64,000 nucleotides of DNA from Heterodontus francisci (taxonomy: Eukaryota): positions 880,062-944,061 of the forward strand of contig NW_027141290.1 of NCBI RefSeq assembly GCF_036365525.1, given 5' to 3'. A program made the position numbers and the translations under genes. A model generated the notes under the pieces. The model made no database searches. It was given only the letters and a program-made list of their open reading frames with translations, and was not told the DNA's origin. Shown in pieces: positions 37,611-49,800 of this stretch. Position 1 is the stretch's first letter; the number at the start of each line of letters is the position of its first letter.

Positions 37611-37682
37611 TGCGATGGTCGGGAATCGAAGCCAGGCCAACTGCTTAAAAGGCAGCTCCGCTCACCACTATACCACCATCGC
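37611..37682 (-). pseudogene. tRNA-Gly body with TTT anticodon, probable pseudogene (copy 3)
   Basis: GCTGC CT TTT AA GCAGT anticodon arm with a perfect acceptor stem. D and T stems are damaged. Confidence 0.85.
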
Positions 37683-39689
37683 TTACGGCACTGAGCACCT
37701 CCGGCGTTTTGATTAATAGAATGCTGTACAATGATTTCAACTTGCAGCTGAGCAATGCGTTCATGTTCATAAAAACACAACATTGTGAATGCTGGAAATC
37801 TGAAATAAAAACAGACAGTGTTGCAAATATTCTGATCAAAGGTCACTCACCTGAAACGTTAACTGTGTTTCTCTCTACACAGATGCTGCCAGACCTGCTG
37901 AGTATTTCCAGCATTTCTTGTTTTTATTTCAGATTTCCAGCATCCGCAGCATTTTGATTTTATTTTAGAGTTTCGTTGTGAGCTGATCCTTTTTGCTTAA
38001 TGGCAGAACTATGCAGTGAGGTGACGCAGAAAACTGTACGGAGAACAATGTTTTTAACGGGCCCACAATTTCGAAGTTTGAGGAGGACAAAATACATAGC
38101 AATATATGCATATAGTAAAGAGCTGTAAGTTTCAGGTAGATGTTACGTGAACAGAGGTGAGACAGAGAATACACAACCCGTCTCACCTTTAGATTCCTGA
38201 CCAAGATAGATCTACAAGGTACAAACTCAAGTTATGTGACCAAGTCAGAGAGTTTATTAGGCTTAACTAAGATGTACAAAGTTAATACTTAACAATGGAA
38301 ATAGATATGCAGCGACACACAACACCCGTTCTTGTTTCTGTGCTTGCTGCGGCACGGACTTCTCTTCTTCTTCATCCCTTGCTGTGTTTTCTTGACTGTA
38401 TTCTGTCTTCTCCTTTTAAGTACCAACGATCTTCTATTGACCCCTGTCTAAGTGTGATGACGATGTCCTGTAACACCCTTTCTTTTATCCTTTTTGTGGT
38501 GCAAGAATGTTACCATATTAGTTTTGAATTGTTCTAAGTGTCCTAATTGGTCCAGGTTGACATCATTGTTTGACACTAGTTAGTTAATAGTTGAATCTAC
38601 ACACATTACAGATGCTTCCAGATTCTTTCTACTTTAGCAAAGATCCTAAAGGTTACATTCTTGCTGATCCCAGACATTTTTTTCTTTAATTCTGCCTTTA
38701 TCTCTTCTCTCTCCCTGCAAGGAGTGCTGGTGTCTCTCCCATTGTTCTCACACAAAGGTTTAAACAAAGTATAGCCTTGAAAACAAATTTCATAATAAAG
38801 CAAGCAACAGATCAAACAGACTTCAATCTATTGATGTACAAAGCACATCATTAATCCTATTATTTTCGTTGTTCTTATTTGTCACAAACGTAAAATATGT
38901 CACGGTCCATCGCCCCCACATTGTGGATCCCTCTCCAGCTACATGACTTGCCCTTTTTTTCCTATGGCTACGTGCATCTTCCACACCACTCTCAACATGA
39001 CCTTTTGACGTAGTTCAGTGAAGATGACCGTCATGCTTTACAATCCAACCTTGACATTGTAGTTCTTGCATAAATGTAAGCCATGAAAATACTCCAAACT
39101 TTACACAGCGGTGAGCAGTGTTCAGGTGATACAGAAAATCTGGTGCGTTGGGCAGAGACAATCAGTTGATCTATCAAAGTCTCTTGATGTTATGCTCCTG
39201 TCTATACTACTTACAGCACAACTATTCTTTTGTTATTCAAAAGCTTGGATAGATGGCTCTGGATTGTGTTATCTAAGTAAGTGGTTGTTCTCCTTACAGC
39301 AATGTGGATTGAGGGGAAATTTGATGCAGGTGTAGGTAAGTTAGATAAGGAGAACCTGTTCACATTAGTTGATGGTACAAGGACTAGGAGACACAGATTG
39401 ATGGTTTTGGGAAAGAGATGCAGGGAAATGTAAGGAAGCACTTTTTGTTATACCTGCTGCAACTGTCTGTCCACAAGTGTGGTGGAAGCAGTGAAAATCA
39501 ATGATTTCAATAGGAAATTGGAGAAACACTTGAATGAAACAAACTTGCTGCAGGGCGACGCCGATCAAGCAGGAGAATGAAGCTGATTGGATGATGAGAA
39601 TATTTTATCAACTTCTATTCTGCAATGGCTTTGACATTTTTTTCCTTTGTAAAACATTGCAACATAAATTTGACCTGCGATTGGACATT

Positions 39690-39800
39690 GCGGTGACCAA
39701 GCACAACAGCTCCTTGCAGATCTCCACAATGTACCAAAATAAAGCATCAAGCACATCGGCTCTTTTAGGATCCACTGACAGAGTCTCTGAAAGAATCGAT
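39690..39800 (+). pseudogene. H2B: histone H2B C-terminal fragment with decayed stem-loop
   Basis: GCG GTG ACC AAG CAC AAC AGC TCC (AVTKHNSS versus H2B AVTKYTSS), then GGCTCTTTTAGGATCC at 39758-39773 and GAAAGA downstream. Confidence 0.75.
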
Positions 39801-39929
39801 TTACTGCAGTTATTTGAATACCAACAGCTGAAGGTAACTTCGAGATCTCCGACAGGAACGTTCATGGATCGGTTCGATCATTGCGTCATTTTTTAATTCC
39901 CTGCCTTAAAATAACTACCGGCCAATGAT

Positions 39930-40770
39930 CTGTATTGTATCTGTCAGTTCCTAGTATGTGAATGTTGATTTTACTCTGCACCTGTCAGTTCCTGGTATGT
40001 AAATGTTGATTTTACTCTGCACCTGTCAGTTCCTGGTATGTGAATGTTGATTTTACTCTGTACCTGTCAGTTCCTGGTATGTGAATGTTGATTTTACTCT
40101 GTCCCTGTCAGTTCCTGGTATGTGAATGTTGATTTTACTCTGCACCTGTCAATTCCTGGTATGTGAATGTTGATTTTGCTCTGCACCTGTCAGTTACTGG
40201 TATGTGAATGTTGGTTTTACTCTGTACCTGTCAATTCCTGGTATGTGAATGTTGATTTTACTCTGCACCTGTCAGTTCCTGGTATGTGAATGTTGGTTTT
40301 ACTCTGTAACTGTCAATTCCTGGTATGTGAATGTTGATTTTACTCTGTACCTGTCAGTTCCTGGTATGTGAATGCTGACTTTACTCTGCACCTGTCAGTT
40401 CCTGGTATGTGAATGTTGGTTTTACTCTGTACCTGTCAATTCCTGGTATGTGAATGTTGATTTTACTCTGCACCTGTCAGTTCCTGGCATGTGAATGTTG
40501 ATTTTACTCTGCACCTGTCAGTTCCTGGTATGTGAATGTTGATTTTACTCTGTACCTGTCAGTTCCTGGTATGTGAATGTTGATTTTACTCTGTACCTGT
40601 CAGTTCCTGGTATGTGAATGTTGATTTTACTCTGTACCTGTCAGTTCCTGGTATGTGAATGTTGATTTTACTCTGTACCTGTCAGTTTCTGGTGTATGAA
40701 CGTTGCTTTTACTCTATGTCTGTCAGTTCCTGGTTTGTGAATGTTGATTTTACTCTGTATCTGTCAGTTT
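39930..40770 (+). repeat. young homogeneous 41-bp minisatellite (about 20.5 copies)
   Basis: Unit GTTGATTTTACTCTG(T/C)ACCTGTCAGTTCCTGGTATGTGAAT with an exact 41-bp period (39980, 40021, 40062, 40103...). Confidence 0.98.
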
Positions 40771-43615
40771 GTGCAATGGGAGGGGCCAATAGAAGATCGT
40801 TAGCGCTTAGAAGGAGAAGGTAGAACACAGTCAAGAAAAAACAGCAAAGGAAGAAGAAGGAGAGAAGTCCGTGCCGCAGCAAGTACAGAAACAAGAATGG
40901 GTGTTGTGTTTTACTGAATATCTATTGCCTTGTTAAGTATTAACTTTGTGCATCTTAGTTAAACCTAATGAACTCTCTGACTTGGTCACATAACTTGAGT
41001 TTGTACCTTGTAGGTCTATCTTGGTCAGGAATCTAAAGGTGCGATGGCTTGGGTATTCTCTGTCTCACCTCTGTTCAGGTGACATCGACCTGAAACTTAC
41101 AGCTCTTTACCATTTGCATGCATTGCTATGTATTTTGTCCTCCTCAAACGTCGACATTGTGCGCCCGATAAAAACATTGTTCTTCGTACAGTTTTCTGCG
41201 TCACTCCACTGCATAGTTCTGTCCCAGTAAGCAAAAAGGATCAGTTCACGACTAAACTCTAAAATAAAAGCAAAATACTGCGGATGCTGGAAATCTGAAA
41301 TAAAAACAAGAAATGCTGGAAATACTCAGCAGGTCTGGCAGCATCTGTGGAGAGCGAAGCAGAGTTAACATTTCAGGTCGGTGACCTTACTTCAGAACGA
41401 GCAAATATTAGAATTGTAAAAGGTTATAAGCAAGTAAAGTGGGGGTGGGGGAAGAGATAACAAAAGAGAAGGTGTAAATAGGACAAGGTCACAGAATAGC
41501 CTCCTATCCTTTAACCAACTATCATCTCAGGATACCAGTGTCAATTTTAACATGCATTTCTATTCTCCATGTAAGTCTGTTATTCACTACTTGATTGAAT
41601 GCCTTTGGAAGAGCATATATCCAAGAATTACTGTACTACCTTCAGTAACTTCAACCACAAGAATTCAATGATGTTAGTCGCACATGATTTTTCCTGAACA
41701 AATCCGTCCTGGTTGTCCTTTATTAATTCACCACTGTTGTCAAAAATAATGGTCTTTGTTACCAGATATTTCCTTCTCCTTTCCAGAACAGGAGTGTAAT
41801 CCATCAGTCACCTGGCACACCTTCCATATTCAAAGAGTTTGCTCAGAGCTTCTGGTATCTCACTCAGTAATATGGGATACTTCCTTTCTGGACTTATTAA
41901 CTTAAAGAGATGTCAACCTATCCAGAACTTTTTCATCCTATCCAATAACTCTGCACCCCTCTTCTCCCGTGATATTAACTTAACCCTTTTCTTTTGTGAA
42001 CATACATATAACACACTATTTCATTACCTTTTCCTTCACATAAGCGTTTCTTTCTTTATCCATAAACAAAGCCCAATTTTTTGCACTGTCATTTGAATTT
42101 TTGTTTCTTGATAAATGGTTATTGATTTCCTTTTTGTTTCCCCATTAATATTTTCTCATACTGTCTCTTATAAACTTGTTTCCCTTCCCAACTGCACTCT
42201 CACTATTCCGCCCGGTTGGAATCATGGTGATCGGGTGGATATTGGATATTTTGTACAATTCACTGCCATTATTATTTCAATGATTGGCGCTGCAAACAAC
42301 CTTTGAATTATCTTGATCAAAAGCAAATTAATGGTACTGTGTGTGACAGTGAGACTGGAAGATGGTCGGAATAAAGCGGAGGAAGGGGTGAGGGGGCGGC
42401 TCCTAAACTGGCCAAACGGATCTCGTAGAAGTGTCAAAGTGAATCCGAGTGTTTGAGGGATGAAAGTTATAGTCTCTGCTTAATGTCATCAGAATGAATC
42501 TCTTAGTGACTGAAAATATATCTGAATGGCCTTGTCCTGCGAATCTGCATAGAGTCCAACAGGTAAATGTGGTTCAGTGAGAAATATAGTATTTGTTTAC
42601 AATCTGGCCCTGCTTTGAGTTTGGAAATAATAGAGAGGTTGTCTCTGGTACAAAATGTCAGCGAGAGAGTAGTTTACATTTTTCTATCTTGAATAAGTCT
42701 TTACCCAAATAGGACAGGATCTCTGTCAATGTGTTTCATTATATAAACGTCACAGGCCACTTCCCCTCCCTATTCTATCTCCCTGCTCTCGATCTCCTCC
42801 CTATCCAGTTCATTATTAATGCTGATCATTATATTGGCCTATTTATTCTCTTTCATCTCAGACAGTCCCTCGGGATCAAGGATGACTTTTTTCCACTCCA
42901 GTTTGATGTGTTCTGAAATGGCTGATAAGTACAATGCATGATCTGCAGACTCTGTCTCATCAGGGACAGGTGGTGCTGGAAGGGTCAGGTAAATGACTGC
43001 TTTGGCGGTGTGGGTGCTGCCTTCGCTGCGTCGAGTTCGCATTTGCATGCTCCTGACAAATATCCCTGAAGAGTACAATGTCTTCCCAAATGAGGGATGA
43101 TTTGAGGACATCTTGATGTGTTTCCACTGTCCACCTGGGGTTCTCCTACCACGACCAAGTTCTGAGTAGAGCAGCTGCTTCGGGATATTGGATTTACAGG
43201 TTCTTAGAGAGTCGCCTATTCATGGTAAGTGAAAGACTAACACTGACTGTCTCAACACATGTCAGTTGTTGTCTGCGAGTGCGAGGCACTGGAACACTTT
43301 CCCTTACAGAATGTCCCAGATAAAGTAAGGAAAGATGGAGTGGACAAGCCTCTGTCATTCTCCATACTGAATTATAGTGAGTTGGATGTTTAGGCAGTCC
43401 AAAACTGTCCTTGTTGGGTGAGTAGGCAACGGAATCGAGATCAGTTCCCGTCCCTGTGTGACTGTCACTCAAACTGCCCTGTGTGTGCAGGATTAACCCT
43501 GAGTCCCTCTATCGAGCTCTGTCTGCTATATCTGGAAAAGTGCTGAACTTTTCACTTGTTGGTCTGCTCAGACTGAGTTCAAGGCCTCAGTAGTGAACAG
43601 AATGTCTCATTAATT

Positions 43616-46453
43616 ATTGCTATTAGTTATTGCTATTACTGAGAGTTATTGCTATTACTGAGACTTGGTTGAGGGAAGGGCATGATTGGCAACTAAATAT
43701 CCCAGGATATCGATGCTTCAGGCGGGATAGAGAGGGAGGTAAAAGGGGTGGAGGAGTTGCATTACTGGTCAAAGAGGATATCACAGCTGTGCTGAAGGAG
43801 GGCACTATGGAGGACTCGAGCAGTGAGGCAATATGGACAGAACTCAGAAATAGGAAGGGTGCGGTAACAATGTTGGGGCTGTACTATAGGCCTCCCAACA
43901 GCGAGCGTGAGATAGAGGGACAAATATGTAAACAGATTATGGAAAGATGTAGGAGCAACAGGGTGGTGGTGATAGGAGATTTTAATTTTCCCAACATTGA
44001 CTGGGATTCGCTTAGTGTTAGAGGTCCAGATGGAGCAGAATTTGTAAGGAGCATCCAGGAGGGTTTTCTAGAGCAGTATGTAAATAGTCCAACTCGGGAA
44101 GGGGCCATACTGGACCTGGTGTTGGGGAATGAGCCCGGCCAGGTTGTTGAAGTTTCAGTAGGGGACTACTTTGGGAATAGTGATCACAATTCCGTAAGCT
44201 TTAAAATACTCATGGACAAAGACGAGAGTGATCCTAAAGGAAGAGTGCTAAATTGGGGGAAGGCCAACTATACCAAAATTCGGCAGGAGCTGGAAAATGT
44301 AGATTGGGAGCAGCTGTTTGAAGGTAAATCCACATGTGATATGTGGGAGGCTTTTAAAGAGAGGTTGATTAGCGTGCAGGAGAGAAATGTTCCTGTGAAA
44401 ATGAGGGATAGAAATGGCAATATTAGGGAACCATGGATGACAGGTGAAATTGTGAGAGTAGCTAAGAGGAAAAAGGAAGCATACATAAGGTCTAGGCGGC
44501 TGATGAAAGACGAAGCTTTGAAAGAATATCGGGAATGTAGGACCAATCTGAAACGAGGAATTAAGAGGGCTAAAAGGGGTCATGAAATATCTTTAGCAAA
44601 CAGGGTTAAGGAAAATCTCAAAGCCTTTTATTCATATATAAGGAGAAAGAGGGTAACTTGAGAAAGGATTGGCCCACTAAAGGACAAAGGAGGAATGTTA
44701 TGCTTGGACTCAGAGAAAATGGGGGAGATTCTAAACGAGTACTTTGCATCGGTATTCACCGAGGAGAGGGACATGATGGATGTTGAGGTTAGGAACAGAT
44801 GTTTGATTACTCTGGGTCAAGTCGGCATAAGGAGGGAGGAAGTGTTGGGTATTCTAAAGGGCATTAAGGTGGACAAGTCCCCAGGTCCGGATGGGATCTA
44901 TCCCAGGTTACTGAGGGAAGCGAGAGAGGAAATAGCTGGGGCCTTAACAGATATCTTTGCAGCATCCTTAAACACGGGTGAGGTCCCGGAGGACTGGAGA
45001 ATTGCTAATGTTGTCCCCTTGTTTAAGAAGGGTAGCAGGGATAATCCAGGTAATTATAGACCGGTGAGCCTGACGTCAGTGGTAGGGAAGCTGCTGGAGA
45101 AGATACTGAGGGATAGGATCTATTCCCATTTGGAAGAAAATGGGCTCATCAGTGATAGGCAGCATGGTTTTGTGCAGGGAAGGTCATGTCTTACCAACTT
45201 AATAGAATTCTTTGAGGAAGTGACAAAGTTGATTGATGAGGGAAGGGCTGTCGATGTCATATACATGGACTTCAGTAAGGCGTTTGATAAGGTTCCCCAT
45301 GGCAGGCTGATGGAGAAAGTGAAGGCGCTTGGGGTCCAAGGTGTACTAGCTAGATGGATAAAGAACTGGCTGGGCAACAGGAGACAGAGAGTAGCAGTGG
45401 AAGGGAGTTTCTCAAAATGGAGACGTGTGACCAGTGGTGTTCCACAGGGATCCGTGCTGGGACCACTGTTGTTTGTGATATACATTAATGATTTGGAGGA
45501 AAGTATAGGTGGACTGCTTAGCAAGTTTGCAGACGACACTAAGATTGGTGGAGTAGCAGATAGTGAAGGGGACTGTCAGAGAATACAGCAGCATATAGAT
45601 AGATTGGAGAGTTGGGCAGAGAAATGGCAGATGGAGTTCAATCAGGGCAAATGCGAGGTGATGCATTTTGGAAGATCCAATTCAAGAGTGAACTATACAG
45701 TAAATGGAAAAGTCCTGGGGAAAATTGATGTCCAGAGAGATTTGGGTGTTCAGGTCCACTGTTCCCTGAAGGTGGCAACGCAGGTAAATAGAGTGGTCAA
45801 GAAGGCATACGGCATGCTTTCCTTCATCGGACGGGGCATTGAGTACAAGAGTTGGCAGGTCATGTTACAGTTGTATAGGACTTTGGTTCGGCCACATTTG
45901 GAATACTGCGTACAGTTCTGGTCGCCACATTATCAAAAGGATGTGGATGCTTTGGAGAGGGTGCAGAGGAGGTTCACCAGGATGTTGCCTGGTATGGAGG
46001 GCGCTAGCTATGAAGAGAGGTTGAGTAGATTAGGATTATTTTCATTAGAAAGACGGAGGTTGAGGGGAGACCTGATTGAGGTGTACAAAATCATGAGAGG
46101 TGTAGACAGGGTGGATAGCAAGAGGCTTTTTCCCAGAGTGGGGGTTTCAATTACTAGAGGACACGAGTTCAAAGTGAAAGGGGAAAAGTTTAGGGGGGAT
46201 ATGCGTGGAAAGTTCTTTACGCAGAGGGTGGTGGGCACCTGGAACGCATTGCCAGCGGAGGTGGTAGATGCGGGCACGATGGAGTCTTTTAAGATGTATC
46301 TAGACAGATACATGAATGGGCAGGAAGAAAAGAGATACAGAACCTTAGAAAATAGGCGACATTTTTAGAGAGAGGATCTGGATCGGCGCAGGCTTGGAGG
46401 GCCAAAGGGCCTGTTCCTGTGCTGTAATTATCTTTGTTCTTTGTTCTTTGTTC
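43616..46453 (+). mobile_element. young CR1 LINE, 5'-truncated in endonuclease domain, ORF2 with a single nonsense codon
   Basis: ORFs 43630-44661 (ITETWL, GDFNFPNIDW, GNSDHN) and 44695-46368 (GVPQGSVLGPLLF, KFADD) are in the same frame, split by TGA at 44659. (TTGTTCT)n tail, TSD TTAATT at 43610 and 46454, empty site near 29131. Confidence 0.97.
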
Positions 46454-47084
46454 TTAATTCCTTAAATAATACTATGATTGAACAGCAGGTTATGATCGAC
46501 TCAGCCAAAGTTTGTAAAAATTCCTGTCAATAAATCTTCCAAAAGGGAGTGTGAGGATCTCCTGGTTCCGAGTGTCTAAGGGATACAGGACGAGGAATCA
46601 GCAACTAACCCCAGAGATTCACAGTAAAGACTGTGTAAATGAGGACATTTAACAACCGGGAGCTGAAACTCTGGGACGGGCTCTATTGTCACTGTGTTTG
46701 TGTGTCCGGTATAATCGCGGCAGGTCCGTGTCTCTTGTTTAGAATGAAACGATGAAGATCGCCATTCCGTATTACACACATTGACCGCGGGTTTCACTCC
46801 GGTTAGACAAACCTTTGCTGACTGAAATTAATTCTTCAAGGTCCTACCAAACACACCGGCTCCCTCCTTCCTCCCATGTTTCTGTCGGATTGTTTTGAGA
46901 GGAGAGTTTGTATAATAACAAACACCCTCCAGGGAGAGGCGGCAATTTGAACATCTAAATGGGATCAGCTCCCGGCTTTCTAGGTTATAGATTCCCTGCA
47001 CCCCTCCCCACCCTCCCTCCACCCTAACCCCATGTTCAGTTTCATTGTTCAGACATTGATGAGGGTGAAATGGGCAAAGTTCCC

Positions 47085-47211
47085 TTAAATAAAAGCAAAA
47101 TACTGCGGATGCTGGAAATCTGAAATAAAAACAAGAAATGCTGGAACCACTCAGCAGGTCTGGCAGCATCTGTGGAAAGAGAAGCAGAGTTAACGTTTCA
47201 GATCAGTGACC
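47085..47211 (-). mobile_element. Penelope-like terminal repeat (mirror of 28376-28500)
   Basis: Flanked by a CAAAGTTCCC direct repeat. Confidence 0.75.
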
Positions 47212-47249
47212 AAAGTTCCCATTGAGTTTTGAAGCTGAATTGTTGCAGA

Positions 47250-47373
47250 GATCTGCGCACGCGCGATATAACCCAGCCCACTATGACGTCATCATGAGGC
47301 GAAGACGGCATGCGCACCCCTCCCCCAGCTGTGCCTGTGAGCGCCATTCACCGAGTGAGTGGAAGATTGTTTA
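47250..47373 (+). promoter_or_regulatory. truncated promoter module (mirror of 28211-28335)
   Basis: ATGACGTCAT at 47283-47292 and GCATGCGCA. The downstream exon and donor are removed by the 5-kb deletion. Confidence 0.5.
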
Positions 47374-48061
47374 GTCATGTCAAGCAGGAGAAGATCTTAA
47401 GAACATAACAAAGATGACCAAGAGTAGATTATTTGACCTCTCCACCCTACTCTGCCATTTAATATGATCATGGCTGATGTAATTGTGCTCAACTTGACTT
47501 TCCTGGCTGTCCCAAGAACGATTTACTGCCTTGCGGATCAAAAATCTATCTATCACAGCCATGGACTAACAGTTATATAATGCACCCCACACTCAATTAC
47601 ATGACGTGAAACAGATGGACACAGTACAAATCTGATTCACATCGATTAGGAGTGCCTAAAAAACACTGAATCCACAATGCCATTCAATAATATTTCCTTA
47701 CAGGTACAGAATGAATGCCACACTCACAAACTCTACCAGTCACAGAAAAACACAGAATAAGCAACACATTCACAAACAATACCAGAGACACAGAGATACT
47801 GAATGAATCACATTCTCACTGTCAGTTGCGGAATGGATGAAAAATGAACTAATCCACACTCACATTCTGTTTGAGAGACTGATGGATGCAGAAATATATT
47901 CACACTCACAGGCAGTACCAGAAACTGACATACAGCACATGAATCCTACCTCATACAGAGTACCAGAGGCTGACATGATGAACTGGAACCAGACATAGTC
48001 GCATAACAGAAAATAAATGTTACAGAATAATGTACTCATTTAGATACGTCAAACTCACATA

Positions 48062-48116
48062 GTGTTGGTGGTATAATGCTGAGAATATCTGCTTTCCAAG
48101 CAGTTGACCTGAGTTC
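48062..48116 (+). pseudogene. tRNA-Gly(TCC) remnant
   Basis: GTGTTGGTGGTATAATGCTGAGAATATCTGCTTTCCAAGCAGTTGACCTGAGTTC. Confidence 0.75.
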
Positions 48117-49023
48117 TCTACTGCAGGTTAGACCTCAATTCTGGTATAATGCAGCTTCATTTTATAACTTAAAAATGATCAATGTGATTTCCAAATTAAA
48201 ACTTACAAAAGACTCTCATCATCCATGTGCATCTCCCACAATGCTGAACTTCAATTTTCTTTCAACGAAATTTATGTTGAAGAAGACATGTCCTCTAAAC
48301 TAATAAATGAGTTCACAGTCAGAAACAAGAGTGTGCAGATCTTTGTTAAATAATAATAAAAAGGGAGATAGGTAAAGTTCAATTCACACACGGTGCTCTG
48401 GGTAAAGATTGAACCTACATTCAGATAACAGAGAATGAATTAATGTAAGGTAAACTCACACTCACAGACCAGGAACTGACGGGGACAGAGTACAAACTAC
48501 ACACAGACAAAATATTTTAAAAAAACAGTTTTAAAACCGAACAAGTCAATGCAATTTATAAAATGATTCTCATCATCCATGTACGTCTCCCGTAAATTTA
48601 TCATTTTTTGAATAAATATAGATTTAAAATAGCCTTTAAACTGATCAGTTTTCAGTCAGAAACTAATAGTAAACATAGAGTTATTCACAGCACCGAAGGA
48701 GGATATTTGGCCCATCGAGTCCATGACAGCTCTCCACAGTGCAATCCAATCACACTCACTCCACCGCTCGATCCCTGTAGCTCTGCAAGTTTAATTCCTT
48801 CAAATGCTGTGTCAATAATCTCTTGAATAATTGATTGTCTCTACTTCCAGCTCCCTTGTGGGAAGTGACTTCCAGATCATCACCACTCACTCCGTGTTCA
48901 CCCGACATCTCCTGCCCAAAATACTCAATTTCAGTCACTATGTCCTTGTACAATGAGCTAATGGGAAGTGTTTTTCCTTGTCTCACTTGTCATGATGTTT
49001 CACACTTGATGTAAATGTCCCTT

Positions 49024-49580
49024 CAGTCAGCTCGTCCACTGATCTTGCCTGTCACCTTTCCACCAATATGCCTGACTTTCTGACTCCCTCTACTACTGTC
49101 TCTTCAACTGTTTCAATGTTGTTGACTCAATGGAGAACAAACCCATCTCTATCGACTTCACACATTCTGATAAATCTACTCTGTACCCTCAAATAACCAG
49201 AACTGGATGCAATACTCCACTACAACACTGTCACTGTGCTTATTTTACACATCCGTATTTCTTGCTTTGAAAGAAGCAGCGAACTCGAATGGAACACGAA
49301 GCCGGTGCTCTTATTTTAAACATTCAGAAACAAGGAATATGGAATTCAAACCCACGCATGCAGAGCACAACAGATTTGCAGTTCATCGTTTTTATCACTC
49401 GGCCACCTTGTCTTCTGTGAGTAAGCTGAAGTGCGGAGGAATGATCCGTGCAGAATGAAAAAGGTGACGGGCTGGTGCCAGCAAAACTGAAACAGTTGAA
49501 GAGAGAGTAGCAGAGGGAGTGAGAAAGTCAGGGATATCGGTGGATAGGTGACAGGCAAGAGCAATGGACTGAGCTGACTG
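49024..49580. repeat. about 90-bp inverted repeats flanking tRNA-Ser pseudogene (mirror)
   Basis: 49024-49115 versus 49488-49580. Confidence 0.85.
49329..49412 (-). pseudogene. tRNA-Ser pseudogene (anticodon GCT>GCA)
   Basis: Mirror of 20934-21017. The anticodon loop reads CT GCA AA. Confidence 0.85.
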
Positions 49581-49609
49581 CTGTGAAATGTTGTGGCTTC
49601 GCAGAACAC

Positions 49610-49800
49610 TAAATTTGATTGGTTATCTAAAGTAAGCAATCAGATAAATACAGAACCTCAAGAATTGACTTCATTGTAAACCAGCCAATCACGAACATGG
49701 TTTTCACCCATCCTTCATTAACATAGATCTCTGGGGATGTGTATAAACTGCGAGTTCCGAATTTAAGAGCCACCCACAACGTCTCTCAAAAAGCTACAAC
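49610..49800 (+). pseudogene. histone gene ghost, probably H2B (mirror)
   Basis: CCAATC, CCTTCATTAACATAG, TATAAA, then TTTAAGAGCCACCCA and CAAAAAGC. Confidence 0.7.

Larger units (their letters stand above)
31600..39690 (+). repeat. tandem array of about 2.08-kb units (about 3.9 copies)
   Basis: tRNA copies start at 33448, 35527 and 37611 (periods 2079 and 2084). Each unit has a Penelope-like repeat, CR1 remnants and unique sequence. Long stretches are nearly identical. Confidence 0.97.

Noticed and set aside
39964-40004. 41-mer as half of an 84-bp C2H2 zinc-finger repeat (ACCAG..ACT.ACA...AGAG..AAA resembles HQRTHTGEK codons)
   Set aside because: The similarity needs several gaps, no Cys/His spacing appears in any frame, and the length is 41 rather than 42. 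Not supportable without a profile search.
39930-40770. Regular 41-bp array as a CRISPR array
   Set aside because: Head-to-tail repeats with no unique spacers, no cas genes, and a vertebrate context.
43630-46368. Autonomous active CR1
   Set aside because: It is truncated inside the endonuclease domain, has no ORF1 or 5' UTR, and has an in-frame TGA at 44659.
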